Of a stretch of 64,000 nucleotides of DNA, positions 38,790-52,100 are shown in pieces. Position 1 is the first letter of the stretch, and every line of letters starts with the position of its first letter. This stretch comes from Camelus ferus. Taxonomy: Eukaryota. The translations under genes were made by a program, and so were the position numbers. The notes beneath the pieces were generated by a model. The model made no database searches, was not told where the DNA came from, and saw nothing but the letters and a program-made list of their open reading frames with translations. The stretch lies in the NCBI RefSeq assembly GCF_009834535.1, contig NC_045696.1, positions 66,218,001 to 66,282,000 on the forward strand, in the 5' to 3' direction.

Positions 38790-39860
38790 TTTAGCTGATA
38801 GAATTAAAAATAAAATCAAAGATACAAGAAATCTGTAGTGCATGGTTAATTTCCCTCCTACTCTTGTTTCCTCAGACTCTTGTTTCCCTTATACAGATAT
38901 ACAAGTGTTAAATAGTTTAAAGCAGAGACATTCTATTTATACATAAGCACATATATGCAGATTCTATGTAGAGAGAAAACACTGTAAGCTGTACTTCCCT
39001 ATTTGTTGCATAAGACGCAGCATGGTGTACACAGCACTCTACAGTTGGTTCCTTTTACTTAGTGATAACTCTTAGATGCCTTTCTCTATCAGCATCTGTG
39101 ATCTGCCCCCAGTTTTCTAAACAACGGCCTAGAATTCTGTTGAGTGGATGTAACCATTTTGTACTTAACCAGTCACATTTCCATGGACATTTGCTGTTTC
39201 CAATATTTTATTACCAACACTGCTTCAGCGAACATCATTGCATGGTATCACTTGTGCCATGTGCAGTAGTGTCTGCAGGGGACTTTCCTGAAGGGGAAAT
39301 TCTTGGCCAAAGGATATATTTAGTTTTTAGGTTACTAGATATTGCCTAATTATCTTCCAAAGAGGCTGTACAGTTTTCTTAACCATATAAGAGAGGATTT
39401 GATTCGCCATCTCTCTCTCTCCTCACTTTGTTACTGATTTTTTGAACTTGCCAGTCTGATTATAATGGTACCTGATATCTATCTAATTATGAATGTGGTT
39501 AAGCACCTCAGAAGTCATTTGTTACGTTCTTTCCACCTAAGCTCTCAGTTCTTCATTGTTCCCTGAATAGCATCCATCCCTCACTGGTTTGAAATGGCAG
39601 CTGAAATAAATCTCTATGTTTATTTTCATCTATTTCTGAACTCTCTATTCTGTTATGTTTATCTTATTATTTACTTGCATCAGTAAGGATGTTTATAATT
39701 TTTTATACTTTTATGATGTTTTAGTTTTAATATATAGTAGTTTAGTGCCTCTTTGTTGTTCTTTTTCAGGATTTCCCTAGATATTTTTGTAAACATTTTT
39801 GTTGGTGGTTGTGTTGGAGTTGTTTCATTTAAATAAATCTTGGCATATACACTGTTTAAA
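38790..39860 (-). mobile_element. Old L1ME-like fragment just upstream of TMEM207
   Basis: ggatgtaaccatttt...atggacatttgctgtttccaatattt; gatattgcctaattatcttccaaagaggctgtac. Confidence 0.65.
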
Positions 39861-39999
39861 AGTAAGGTGCAATCATTATGAGACAGAGAAAGCTTTATGC
39901 CCAAGGTTGGGTTAGACCTGGGACCGAAAATGATGTATAGGAAAAGAAGAGCAAAGAGGACCAACAAAGGGAAGAAAACCAAATGAATTCTCCAGATAA

Positions 40000-40360
40000 A
40001 GATTCTACAAAATCAACAAACAAGCCAACAGAAATACTCTGGAATAAACCATGCACTTGAGCATTGTTATTTCAGCAGCCAGCTAGTTTTGCAGGTCAGC
40101 ATGGATAACCCTGGCTTTTCAGGGCTTAACGAACATTATTAAGGTTCTGACCTTAAACCGAAATTCCTTGAACTCTCAGTACCTGTGAGCTTGCACCCCA
40201 AATTCCTGCCCCTGGCACGAACATTACCAGTCACAAGGAACCAGCATTAATGAGTGCTCTGGCAGGAAGCATAACTTACAGAGAAGCTAACAGGTTCTGA
40301 GAAAGACGGAGATAAACACAGGCGGCAAACCACTGTCTTTGAGCCGCTTGTCCTTTAAGT
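40000..40360 (+). promoter_or_regulatory. Putative TMEM207 proximal promoter / 5'UTR (not a CpG island)
   Basis: Non-repetitive-looking sequence between an old L1 and the ATG. No clear TATA box. TSS not determinable from sequence. Confidence 0.4.
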
Positions 40361-40435
40361 ATGTCGAGATCCAGACCTTTAAGTGTCACTTCAGTGATCT
40401 CAAAACCAGGAATCTTGTGTTTGCCACTATTCCAG
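40361..40435 (+). CDS. TMEM207: TMEM207 coding exon 1 (MSRSRPLSVTSVISKPGILCLPLFQ; signal peptide region)
   Basis: ATG at 40361 with A at -3. 75 nt, phase 0, donor CAG|gtaacc. Translation matches the recalled human TMEM207 N-terminus (MSRSRLFSVTSAISTIGILCLPLFQ). Confidence 0.95.
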
Positions 40436-42283
40436 GTAACCATCTCTCTTTCGGGGAAAAGACTTTCAAAGGCACTACTCTAAGGATCTGATTTGTTATG
40501 GATTTGTGGTTTGGGTAACAACTACTCCAACATTTAGATGATTTCTTTAAGGAAGTGTTATCAGCCTCTTATGATTTATTATAGTTATTTCTTAAAGATA
40601 CAGAAAAACAAAATGGCTAATGACATTACTTCCTAATGTCTTCTTTATTTAGTTCTATTTCTATTGAAATAATAGGATGCAATTTAATCTTTAACTTTGC
40701 TATGCTGTAAAATTTTTAAAAATCAGAAGTGCTGTTGACATAAAATGCTATGTCAGGATTAATTGAAGACATGTTTACTGTTGCCGGAAGCCATATTTAA
40801 GGCTCAACATTTTTTCAATGCTGAACAATACAGACAGAACTAACTTGAGAGTTTATTTTGATTTCTCTGCTCCAGCATCTCATCCTAATATCTGCACCTC
40901 TGTATCTGTGTTACTTGAGTACAATGTATCTGAAAGACTTAGGTCTGAAATATATTAAGACTTCACTCCCCATTTCATGGTAACTCTGAACCCTGACATT
41001 GGCAGTGAAGTAGTAATAATGTAATGCTGTGTTTTGCTTGCTAGCTTACAGCACACAAGACTGGGAAGTAACTTTATTTGTTTATCTGTTAGGCTTCTAA
41101 ATGACTTCATCTACTCGTAAATTAACTTTCTTTATGGACAAAATTTGAATGTTCATTTCCCTCTCAGTTAGTATGCACATCGATTTACAGCATTCTAGCA
41201 AAAGAGAATGCAACTCATTTTCTGTGCTTATAAATCGTTCATTACCATGCTCTCTGATGGCCAATTCATGGCTCCATCTGCAACTCCACAAATCTCTTTG
41301 CCCAGATAAACTTGGTAGAGTAAATATAAGGTGCTGAAGAAGATGAGTTTGGGATTAAGGGGAAAAAAAAAGATATATCTCACAGAAAATTCCCAAGTCT
41401 ATCATTTTAAATTTCATAACTTCTTACTTGTATTTATATTTGTATGTTAGGGTCCAGGAAAATAAATACTTCACTGACCTCATCAACTGAATTTTCAAAT
41501 GTTATATAAATGACATTTAACAGTTTTCTCATTGTGCTTGAAAGGGGTCTCAGTTCAAGAGAAAAACAAACAAATCCTCTAGATCGGAGTACTCTCTTTC
41601 CTCTGTGATGTGACTTATTGTAACTTATGTGGCTCGACACAGAGAACTAAGATAATTGCATTATAATGCTTATGACTTGGGTCTTCCTAAAACAAAGCAA
41701 TCAAAGTTATTACTTTATCCCTCTTCTTTGATAAAGAGATAAAGTTAAATCTCAGCAGCAATGTCAATGGATCTTAGATCAACCTTAGCCTCAGAGCAGG
41801 TTAAAATCACCCCTTCTTGCGTATATTTACCATCTACTAATGCTGATGGGATGGACGTCAGTTTTCATGTAGGGACCTGAATCCTTTGCTTGCAAATAAT
41901 ATTCATGAGCAATGAAGCTCCTTTCTGTAGTTAAAATGTGAAAACAAAGAAAAAAATGCGAGGTGCACAAAAGCTGCTTAGAGAAAGCAAAATCTGCCCA
42001 CAGGGAAAAACAAAATGTTTTCACATCCACCTATGGTGGTGCGTAGGTGAGGAATCTGGCTCACAATATGTATCTCCTGTCACTGCTGATTTGGAGAATC
42101 TACCCAGAGATTTTTTTTTTCCAATTAAAATTCTGTGTACCAACAATAGACTCTGCTGCAGAGCTTTTAATTAAAAAAAGCAAATGAAATGATATAAATC
42201 CACATTGTCTCTAGGCCTTGTTTGTATTAAAGGATCAGACTGATGAGATGTTTGGATTTTATTGTTCTAAACATGTGTTTCAG

Positions 42284-42321
42284 TTGGTGCTATCGGACTT
42301 GCCATGTGAAGAAAATGAAAT
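42284..42321 (+). CDS. TMEM207: TMEM207 coding exon 2 (LVLSDLPCEENE + AT of Met)
   Basis: Acceptor gtttcag| and donor |gtaagt. 38 nt, continuing the exon 1 frame. Matches recalled human LVLSDLPCEEDEM. Confidence 0.95.
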
Positions 42322-43237
42322 GTAAGTAAACAGCACAAGGCTGTACATTATTTTATTCAGCATTTTCACAATTCGGAAAATGAAAAAAGGCTTGAGTCAT
42401 TTGAGAAGCCCCAAATGAGTTTCAAAGATCATTATAATCATGCAAGAAAAAAATAAAAGTAAATTGTTTTCAAATGCAAATGGCTCAATTTTTCTTAAAG
42501 CAGAAAAAATGTACTTTCATTATGATCAGCTTTGTTAAATAAATAAAGGGCCTGGTTAATTTCTAGGTGTTTTTGCTCACTGCATCCTCCACCTTTAAGA
42601 TTTTAAGGGCCCTTTAACTTCTTGAAAGAATCATGATGTTCTCTGTAACCGCATCCACATGCATTAGTCACAGGGACGATGGGAAGCAGTTTTCTGGGTA
42701 ATTCGATTTCAAATATAAGCAAACTAACAAAGATCTAATGTGTTTTATGTGTACATTTCAAAGTGCTTTTGATATAAGTTATGTGAATAGTTAATTCAAT
42801 TTTCTCACTTTTTGTGCTGGAGGCTTAAAGCTTCTCAGAATTCTATTCAGGAGATGGGGAGAAGGTGTCACTAATAATGCTGCTGCTGATTAATGGTAAC
42901 TGTAATGCACTGTGACTTAGTGCAAGTGTCAGAAAGCACTTCTGCCAAGCACTGTCTTCTGGGTGTAGCCCTCAGTGCCAGCTAGCAGTTTTCAATGGTC
43001 ATTGGCTGTTACCCTCAAGGCCAGGGTCTCCGGGTGCCATCTCCAGATTAAAAGGCCATGCTGAGTGGGGTGCTTTCCTTGGTCCTGGAATCCTTCATCT
43101 GCTTCTAGTGAATCATCCCATTATTGATCATCTGCTTATTAAATGTGTGCCGATCTTCAGCTTTCACATGGCTCTCCCCTGCTATTTCTTTGCATTGATT
43201 TTGTTGTTTTAGGTCTCAAGGTCCCTGGCTGGTCTGC

Positions 43238-43431
43238 CTTTCTTCCTTCCTTCCTTCCTTCCTTTTTCTCTTTCTTTCTCTCTTTCTCTTTCTTTCATGA
43301 TGGGGGGAGATAGTTTTGCTTGTTTGTTTGTTTGTTTATTTATTTATTTATTTAAATGGAGGTATTGAGGATTGAACCCAGGACCTCAAGCATGCTGAGC
43401 ACACACTTTACCACTGAGCTATTCCCTCCAC
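43238..43431 (-). mobile_element. Vic-1-type SINE in intron 2, with tail-derived microsatellites
   Basis: ggaggtattgaggattgaacccaggacctcaagcatgctgagc...ccactgagcta. Tail expanded to (TTTA)/(TTTG)/(CTTC) repeats. Confidence 0.85.
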
Positions 43432-45149
43432 GCCTCTTGGCATTGCTTTTAACCTTGCTTTTTGTCTCTGTCTTCTGGTGTTGGTGACATAATGGACTTT
43501 TGGCTATTAGTGTTCTTACCTAACTGTGGACCTTGTGACTGCCTTATTTTGTCCCTTCATCTTCCGTCTTTGACCCAGAATACTAGAATAAAGAAATTCA
43601 TAACTGGAAAGGATAATACATTTTCAATTTAACTCCCCAATCAACATGACAGGAGAATATGGTATTGAGGAATTTTGTAAGCTAACTTTAGAGTCACTGA
43701 AGCTACTGGCCTTTTATGCAGGTGAAAAAAATTAAGACCCAAAGCAAGATATTAACAAATTAATTGCAGGACTTAACCTAGTATTAGGTAGATCTTTTTG
43801 ACTGTATTGTTTTGTGTGTAAATATCTGTTATTTTATCATTATTTAATATCATTGTTTTTGAGTAAAAACAAGAAACCACCTAAATTAAAATGCAAATTA
43901 GAGGGAAATAAAGACAGAGAAGGCAAGAAAGTGGCAGATTTTGTAGGGATCTGGCGTAAGGTAAGTAACTATACAGAAGACAGTATCTCAGACTTTTTGC
44001 CGCCACAAGAAGGTGATTGTGGGCTCTGTTATTAGCTCTATTTAAATTTATTTTCAAACCCTAGACTTTTTTTTCTAATCTAACATACTCTATTTTTAAC
44101 AGCATCTTTAGTATTAAAAATACATTACTAGACTTCTTGTATATAATTTAAATACTGTAATTTAGTGGATGAAATAAAATATGACAGAGCCCCTCGCCTG
44201 CATAATTACACCCCTAATCTTTTCCCCTCCCCAGTACACTGATGTGCACGTATGAACACAAATAGGTTAATTTACAAAACATAAATATGATCATACATAT
44301 ACAGGATCCTGTCCATTAATTGTACTAACACATCGCCAATGATAGCCCACTATCTTACCTGGCTTGGGGAAGTGAAGTATTTTGCTCGAGTATGCAAGCA
44401 AAAGGCAGAGCTTGGATTTGGACCTAGGACTGACTCTTGAGCCCAGGATTCTTACTACAAAACCATATTCTATGTTCAATGTTTAGAAACATATTACACG
44501 TGGTGAAATACCCGAGGGATGCACAATCCATCCATTCTTCTAGATACTATACAGTTGACCCAGCCCAGTTTAATTAGGTCAGGCCACCACTCTCAGGGTG
44601 ATATGATTTGGCTCCCATCTCCCTGCCCCCAAATTATTGTAGCTGAATTGCACTCTGGTCTATCTTAAGGGTGATTTTTATGAAACAGACTCATGAAATT
44701 TGTTATTCATTTATTCTAAGAGTATTATGAGAAGCATTGTTCCTGTTGTTAGAGTCACCCTCTTTATGAAGCCCCATAGTTTGAATTTGTCTCTGATTTC
44801 TATACCAGGAATAGCTGTGCATCTGATGAGTAATGCTGCCTGTTTTTGTTAATTTTAGAGGACACTATATAACCAATTCTCTTTCATCCTGTTAATTGCT
44901 AGAAAGCTTAAGCCAGATCTGGAATCCAGTTCTAATTTTATATATGGGATTTGCTACATTCCGTTTACAAACTGATCTCACTCTTGGCTTGTTCTCTTTG
45001 TCTGATATTCTCCATGCTCTCATTTCTAATATTTTTTTGTATTTTTAATATTTCCTTAAAGCATTTTTGAACACAGGATATTGAATGCATTCAGGCAGCG
45101 CTCCATACAGTAATATGAGGCTAGGGTTGACTTCTACTGTTCCCAGTTG

Positions 45150-45395
45150 CAGTGTTTCATGGTGGTAAGAGACATGGACTCTTTAAACTCAAACCATTTG
45201 AGTTTAAAGCCTGCCTGTGTCACTTCCAGCTATGTTGTCTTGGGAAAGTTATGTAACCTCTTTATGACTGCAATTTCCCAATTGTAAAATGAGGATCATA
45301 ATAGTGTTAACTTACTTTATAGCATTTTAAGTTTGAAAGTGAGTTAGTTCATATGAAGTTATCCAACTGACTTAGAAGAATGCCTGGCACAAGAA
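45150..45395 (+). mobile_element. MIR SINE
   Basis: tcacttccagctatg...ttgggaaagttatgtaacctc...tgtaaaatgaggatcataatag...agaatgcctggcaca. Confidence 0.8.
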
Positions 45396-46354
45396 ATTAT
45401 GTGTATTTCTTGTAAAGAAGCCAATGGGGGGAAAAACGACTCTGCAGTTTTCTTCTATTTGTCAAAGTAATGAATTTACAGTTAATTTTAGATCCACAGA
45501 CTCTCAGTACCGAGAAGAATAATAAAGACCAACTAGTCTAAGCATCCTTGTAGAGCAGAAGTCATATCCACAGCATCCAAGTCAAGTAGGGCACTAGTCT
45601 TTGCGGAAAGGAGAGAAGTGATACCCGTCAGCGCCTACTGCCAGAGAGCCCTCATTATTGGAAATGTCTTCCTTAAACGTAATAGCCCATCCTCACTTCT
45701 CTCAGGCTTTTTTTCCTCTTTGGCATTCTCATTCCAATTTGACCATGAATGTATAAATCTCTGAGTAATAACTTTATTTTTAAAATGTACCTTTTTCTGC
45801 ACTGAAAATCTTTCATCTACAATTTGAGTATTTAGAATATTGTTATTGTTCAGAGACTATTTTGATTCTTTTTAAGAACTTGAAAAATTTCTATTTAAAA
45901 ATTGAACTTGAGAAAGACATGGAAATAATGGTGGCGAGGGAAGCAGAGAGAGGGAAGCAGAGAGAGTCAGAAGACCTGTATTCTAGGTTGATTCCTCTGG
46001 CCTGCTAGTGACTTTCCCCACTTACTTTCCCACTCTGAGTCTCACTGGTACAGTATGTAAAATCCTAAGGGCGAAATAAATAATCCCAGTAAGTAATCCT
46101 AAAGGAGCCTGCAACTGTGAAATTACATGATCTGTTTGCTTTCCTCCAGCTAACAGCTTCCTGCCCATCTTACTTCATATCAGAAACTTCACCAGTATGT
46201 GCAGAAGGTCAGAAAGAGAAAGTGAAGTAAATCAGTTTGGGTAGTTGTTAGCACTGGGAAAAAATATTGAGTGGCTCAAATATTAGAACTAACAAATAAA
46301 ATGAGATAGTTAGTATTTAGAATGGGCATTTTAATAAGCATATGGTCCATTTTT

Positions 46355-46466
46355 TATTTTGGGGAGGAGGTAATTAGGCTTATTTATTTATTTTAATGAA
46401 GGTGCTGGGGATTGAACCCAGGACCTCGTGCATACTAAGCATGTGCTCTACCATTATTCCCTCCTC
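46355..46466 (-). mobile_element. Vic-1-type SINE in intron 2
   Basis: ggtgctggggattgaacccaggacctcgtgcatactaagcatgtgctctacca. TSD TCCATTTTT (46346-46354 and 46467-46475). Confidence 0.88.
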
Positions 46467-48195
46467 TCCATTTTTAAATATAAAGAAGAGAGGCAGAGAT
46501 TTGCATATGGAGGAAGATGAAGCAATCCACACTTCTGCTCATGAGCTTAGATTTCAAGATTCAAAAATAAGACCCTTCCACTCTTTTATTAAGCCAGGAC
46601 ATCAAGAGAATTTCCCTACATCCATCTTTAAAGTGGGATACTACATTTTAAAGATTTTTTATATTTTTAATATACTATTTAAAAATCTTATGACTACAAA
46701 AGTAATACATGCACATTATAAAAACTCAAACAATATCGAAATATTGAAAAGATAAAAAGCCTCAGAATGCCATCTTCAAGAGAAGCAAGCATTGCTAGTA
46801 ATTTGGTGCATGCGAATACATACTAACTATATAACATCTATTTGGTGAACTTGTATTTGTGTAAAAGAAAATATATGAAGTAGAATTGACCTCTCTGTAT
46901 TATTTTACTTAGCAAGGCTTTAATTGTAAATATAAACCTATCTTCTCTTTGATTCATGAATAAAATATTTCTTTATAAAAGTTTGCCATTAATTACTTTG
47001 CAAATCCTTTATTAATAATCATTTGTCTTAGGATGCTTTTAAACTCATCCTTCAGCTGCCATTTCCCCCCTGGCATTTATTTGTGCTTACGTACTTAGCT
47101 AAACCCTCTAGGTGCATAGTAAAAGCAAAAAAACCCAAGCATACACACACAAAAAGCTTGTAGTCTGGGTGATTGAATTTTGTCTTTAGCGTTTGAGGTA
47201 AAATTTTTAAGTTGACACTTCACATATGTTAAAAAGTCACTTCTGACTAGTATAATGATAAACATGACACACTGCCTCCTTAGAGATGCTGGGAGCAATA
47301 AATTAGTTGACATTTATGAATACTTTCAAGCTGAAAAGTACTGAGTGTTATTTTAACAATGGCTGAAGAAGACATGATTAAGTACAGCCCCATCTCAAAA
47401 CCTTGTCAGGCTGTGATAAACAGTTTTCCACTGCTTAATACCAGTATACTTTATTGGCAGCCCATACACCAAGGTGTGGGAAAAGTGCATCTGCAAATGT
47501 ACACTTAGTGCATGTGTCTGTCATAGTGAAGAGGCTCTGGAGTGAATAGCACTTAAATTTCTACCCTTGGATAGTTAAATCTCCTGAAAATTACACTGTG
47601 AATTTTCTGTGTCATCTTTTTAAACCAAACTCAGGAATGATTGAGTTGTGCTTAGATACACAAATGGTTTGGCCACCCTAATGGAAGATCAACTTCTAAC
47701 TCCTTGGTGAATGATACGTGTGACCACACACGCTCATTTTCCTTTTATTTTAATTTATTTTTCCAACCAGGTTACGGCCCTTCTCTTCCTTACCACGGTA
47801 ATAACAGGTAATAGAGATTATGAACTTTCCCTTGAGAGATTGCATAAACAGAATTCTGGGATGGTTACCTGCCTAATATATAATATCTATGACATATTAG
47901 CCCTGAAAAGTTAGTCACTACCTTCTCAATGCACAACAGTATTCATAACTCTAGAATCAAATCTATTATGGTACAATTGTCTGTTTATGTATCTGACATT
48001 TTCACATTTACCTGTATTCTCGGTACTTTGAATGAAGTAGACACACAGTAAATATTTGCTTAATTGTCTTGAGGGGATGCAGTGAGTAGGTGACTGTCGG
48101 GGAAACTAGTGTGGTCAGAACAAATATTACGGTCCTGAAGAAAAGGCCTTGTCCATCCAGAGGTCCAGCACTAACTGTGCTTCCTTTATCAACAG

Positions 48196-48240
48196 GTGCA
48201 CAAGCTACAAAGATCAATACGCAAATGGCTGGTATATCTG
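48196..48240 (+). CDS. TMEM207: TMEM207 coding exon 3 (MCTSYKDQYANGWYIW)
   Basis: Acceptor ctttatcaacag| and donor |gtaagg. 45 nt, phase 2-2. Matches recalled human MCVNYNDQHPNGWYIW. The ORF track shows only a different frame here. Confidence 0.93.
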
Positions 48241-49054
48241 GTAAGGACATCCTCAGTTTGTGCTATAAAACTTTTGGTGGTACAGACACACACTTTTCCC
48301 TAAACAATTGAGGTAGCATATGAAATGATACAGCTGAAGAAATTTTTAGGGATCATGTGTATCAATATACGTAAAATCATCACTTTCAGATGGTTGGCCA
48401 GTGTTTACTTAAACACTTCCTGGACAGGGAACTTACTGTTTTTAAGAATAATAGTTAATTCCCAAGTCAGAGATTTTTGAAGGTAAAATAACTGTACTTT
48501 TTCTTGAAATCTCCCAAAACAACTCCTCCACTGGTTTAAGTTCTGGCCTTAAAAGCCATTCAAATTAACACAAAGAAAAAAGTTGTCATAACCTCTTAAA
48601 TCTTGGCTTCTGTATTTTGCAAACTAAACATTCTCAATTAGATGGTTAACTCCTCGAAGACAGAGACCCTGTCTTGTCAACCTTCAAATCCCCAGTCCAA
48701 CATTTAAATCTATTTAGTCACTTAAATACTAGCTGAATGAATGAATAGAAGGCTGAATGAAAGGAATAATGGATAAATGAGTTAAGGAATTGAGCTGCTG
48801 CTCCTTTGAACAACTCTTCAATTTCTAAAGAGGAAAGAAGATTGCCTGGCAAGATTGACCCACTCCGAGCCCAGTGAACATTCCAGAGTCAGTGAAAATG
48901 TATGAGTAGTGGCGGGGGATTGCTTAAGGAATTCGACCTCCCAGGCTGCTTTTAGCCAGTCTTGCTGACTTTTTGCCCTTTCCAGGAAGTAGCATGAGCT
49001 CTTGACTTTCCAGCATGCTCCACCTCACTCCTCCCCTGCTTCTTCTGGCATCAG

Positions 49055-49197
49055 GTTCTTGCTGCTGGTTTTCCTGGTCACCCTTCTCTGTGGAATAGTG
49101 TTCTTCTGCCTCCAGTGCTGGCTGAGGCCACCCCAAAATGGTTCCGCAAGACGCACCATGGCTGTTTTTGCTGTTGGAGACTTGGACCCTGTTAACG
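49055..49197 (+). CDS. TMEM207: TMEM207 coding exon 4 (transmembrane helix, Cys cluster, RRTMAVFAVGDLD)
   Basis: Acceptor ctggcatcag| and donor G|gtaagc. 143 nt, inside ORF 49002..49244. FLLLVFLVTLLCGIVFFCLQCWLR...RRTMAVFAVGDLD is characteristic of TMEM207. Confidence 0.97.
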
Positions 49198-52100
49198 GTA
49201 AGCTGTCTGCACATTTCTGGACGTCCTCTTTGGAAACCTTATAGTTTTGGGTGAACTGAAAAGCTAACCTATGAAAAGCAGATGTGTGAACATAAACTAA
49301 GACATAGTTTATTAAAGACTCAAAGGCATTCATTAGGAAGAAAGTCTACGTGAGAAAACTTCAGAAGACAGAAGACCCCAAAAGAAGAAAAGGTGTCCTG
49401 GGGAAATGACTCATAGTTGAGTGTGGGGATACAACCTAAACATGTTGCTCAGTCAATAACAGAAGGGAAGAGATACACAGGGCTGGCCACTCCAAGTGAA
49501 TGGTAAGATTTAAGGTACAAAAGAGCATCTTTAGGCTTTTGATATCTGTCTAACCTACCCTGTGTTCATAGTCTCATTTACCAAGCTGTCCATGTTTCAC
49601 TTACCTGAAGTAATATTGGACAACACTTTCCCGATTGTCCGCTGCCAGTGCAGAGCCTGAAATACTGGGGATCGGGCAGGAGGGTATCAGTACTCATGTC
49701 CTTTCTCCCGAGACACATTGGCAGCATCCTGATTCTACCTGCTCCCAACCCCCATCCCCCAAACCATGCCTTTCCTATTATTTTCCAGTCTGCATTAAGA
49801 GGTAAGAAATGGAGGAAATCGTGATCTTGAATTATTTGTAATTGCCAGCCTCAGCTGTGAGTAGAAGAATGATCATTTATTGATTTCTGGGAGGTGATAA
49901 TTGATAGTTTATTTCTTTGTGTTAAGCAGTGCCCTTATCCAGAGACCATTTACTGTAAGACTTTTCCTCTAAGGCACTGGGTTGTAAACCACAGTCCCCT
50001 CAAGAGTACTTGGTAGAGATTAACAGCTGCCCTTCAGAGACTTGGATCAGCATAAGATTTTCAACAGATAGATCAGGATATATCCTGGAAATACTAACAG
50101 CTAAATAAGAAGTAGGGTAAAAATAAACTAAAATGTATTAGGATCAAAATTAAGTACTAAGATTTAGTGATTATATTCCTTATTGGCTTTTTAAAATTAT
50201 TATTGAACAAGGGAAACACATTATCAATTTCAGAAATGGTTATTTTGAGAAGGATAATTAAATTCTCCAATAAAAATAGCTTTTTCTCCTAAAATCAAAA
50301 ACACTTTCCATTGCGTGTACAGGGAAATAGGCTGACTGACCTTCTAACAAAATATGTTAGTCAAAGGGCTCACCATAGTCATATTGGTCTGTTTTTCTTT
50401 ATTTAACAAGAAGTATTTAATAATAAATGCAATTTTGTTTCTTCCAACTGAACTTGAGTTTCTAAAGAGAAGAATCCACACCAGTCTTCCTAGCCCATCT
50501 CTCACTCTGAGGAAGACTTTTTTTTAAACTAGACGACCTCAAATCTTAGAAAATTTGTGTATTTACTTTTAGGTAAATAAGCTAACTAGTAACATTATTC
50601 TAACTTTTAAGGCAATTAATGTGCCACAGTTAAATCCCCATTTATCTAATGTTTTGAGTATTTCCTGGGCGGTGGTTTACATAAATGCTTTTGAATTCGT
50701 CTGAACTTTGCTGAACAGGTGTGAGTGTGAAAAAAGGGGGTCAAAACTAAGATAGTACTTCAATAATCTACATGTAAAAGCACTGAGTGAAGGGCATTAG
50801 AATCACATCCCCTACGTTACCCCGGAGTCATTATGGGCAGGAAAAGACAACACATGGGGAGAAACTTTTATATATATATTTCATATATATATATAGTTAT
50901 AATTCAATTCACATCTACCAAGTACTAGGCAGTAGGTCAGAAGCTTCTCAGATATTGTCTCTAATTCCTAAATACCAATTCAGAAAAGTGACTGTTACTT
51001 CCCTTAGAGGAAGTTATATACTGTTCTCATTCTACCGGGTAAATATACCCCTTAAGTCTTTGCTGCAGGTCAACTAATAGACTACAAATTGCCCAGAATT
51101 GAGGGTAGGGAACGATGAAAATTCAGTCAAGGCACACACATGACTTAGCCACCTCATCCCTGGACGCTAAGTACAGCCTTATATCCTAAACCTCCAGACA
51201 TTTCCATTGGGTGATTCCTCAGTGGTAGGGACTGCACTCCAGAATCCTCATTCCTCCCCTCATTTCCTTTCTCATGCTATCCTTTCCTTCCTAATCCCAC
51301 CAGCATAGCTCTGACTTTTATTTTGCTCCAGGAACATTCCTAGCTCAAACTCTATATGAAGATCACTTCTGTTGATGTCCATCTTAGAGACCTGCCAGCT
51401 CAGTTGCCACTTCCCCTTGATTTTTATCCTCACCTACGCTGGGTCACGTGTTAGGTAATTCCATTGCCTGCCCACCTCTCATTCTGTCCTACAGGTGCTC
51501 AGGGTGGCTGTCCAGACAGCAGACAGTGAACAGCTATTCATGTCATCTTTGATGTAGGTGTGGCTCCCAGAGTTGTGCCTCTTGCCATTCCTGCTTCTCC
51601 TCTCCAAAATAAAACACGGAAGAGTAATTTAGGAAGTGGTACTCTCTATGATCTCTGGTTACCTTTCTTAACTAGTAATTCCTGGAAGTAAACGCCAGGG
51701 AACCAATGATTTAAGGCAGTCTGAAACCCAGACCCACACTGAATTTCCTTTTCCCACTGGATTTTCGTTACACCTTCCCTTCTCCAGACGAATGATCCTC
51801 CCTACTTAATATTTTCATAAAGGAGGTACTCTCCAAAAGGAAGGAACTACTGTGGGATCTTTTTATGGCTGCGGAGAGAGGTAAGGGTCAAAACCACAGC
51901 TTCTACCTCCACAGCCTGCAAAGTCCGGGTTCATCTGTCCGCCCTGCAGGTTATGGGGGGTTGCACTTCTGAGTCTTTCTTTCAGCCACTGTACAGAATC
52001 AGGAGAGGAAAATGGGAGCTCCTTTGAAAAATACTAGTGACAAAGGAGGGATGTGAAATAGAGTTTCTGGACTCCCTGCCACCCCTTGGGCACAAAGGGG

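Noticed and set aside
48090..48311. ORF overlapping TMEM207 exon 3
   Set aside because: Wrong frame. The real exon is 48196-48240, defined by splice sites and homology.
49137..49145. N-glycosylation sequon NGS in TMEM207
   Set aside because: It lies C-terminal to the TM helix, so it is predicted cytoplasmic and not accessible to OST.
48924..49333. Antisense ORFs over exon 4
   Set aside because: Shadow ORFs of a hydrophobic coding exon, with no independent support.
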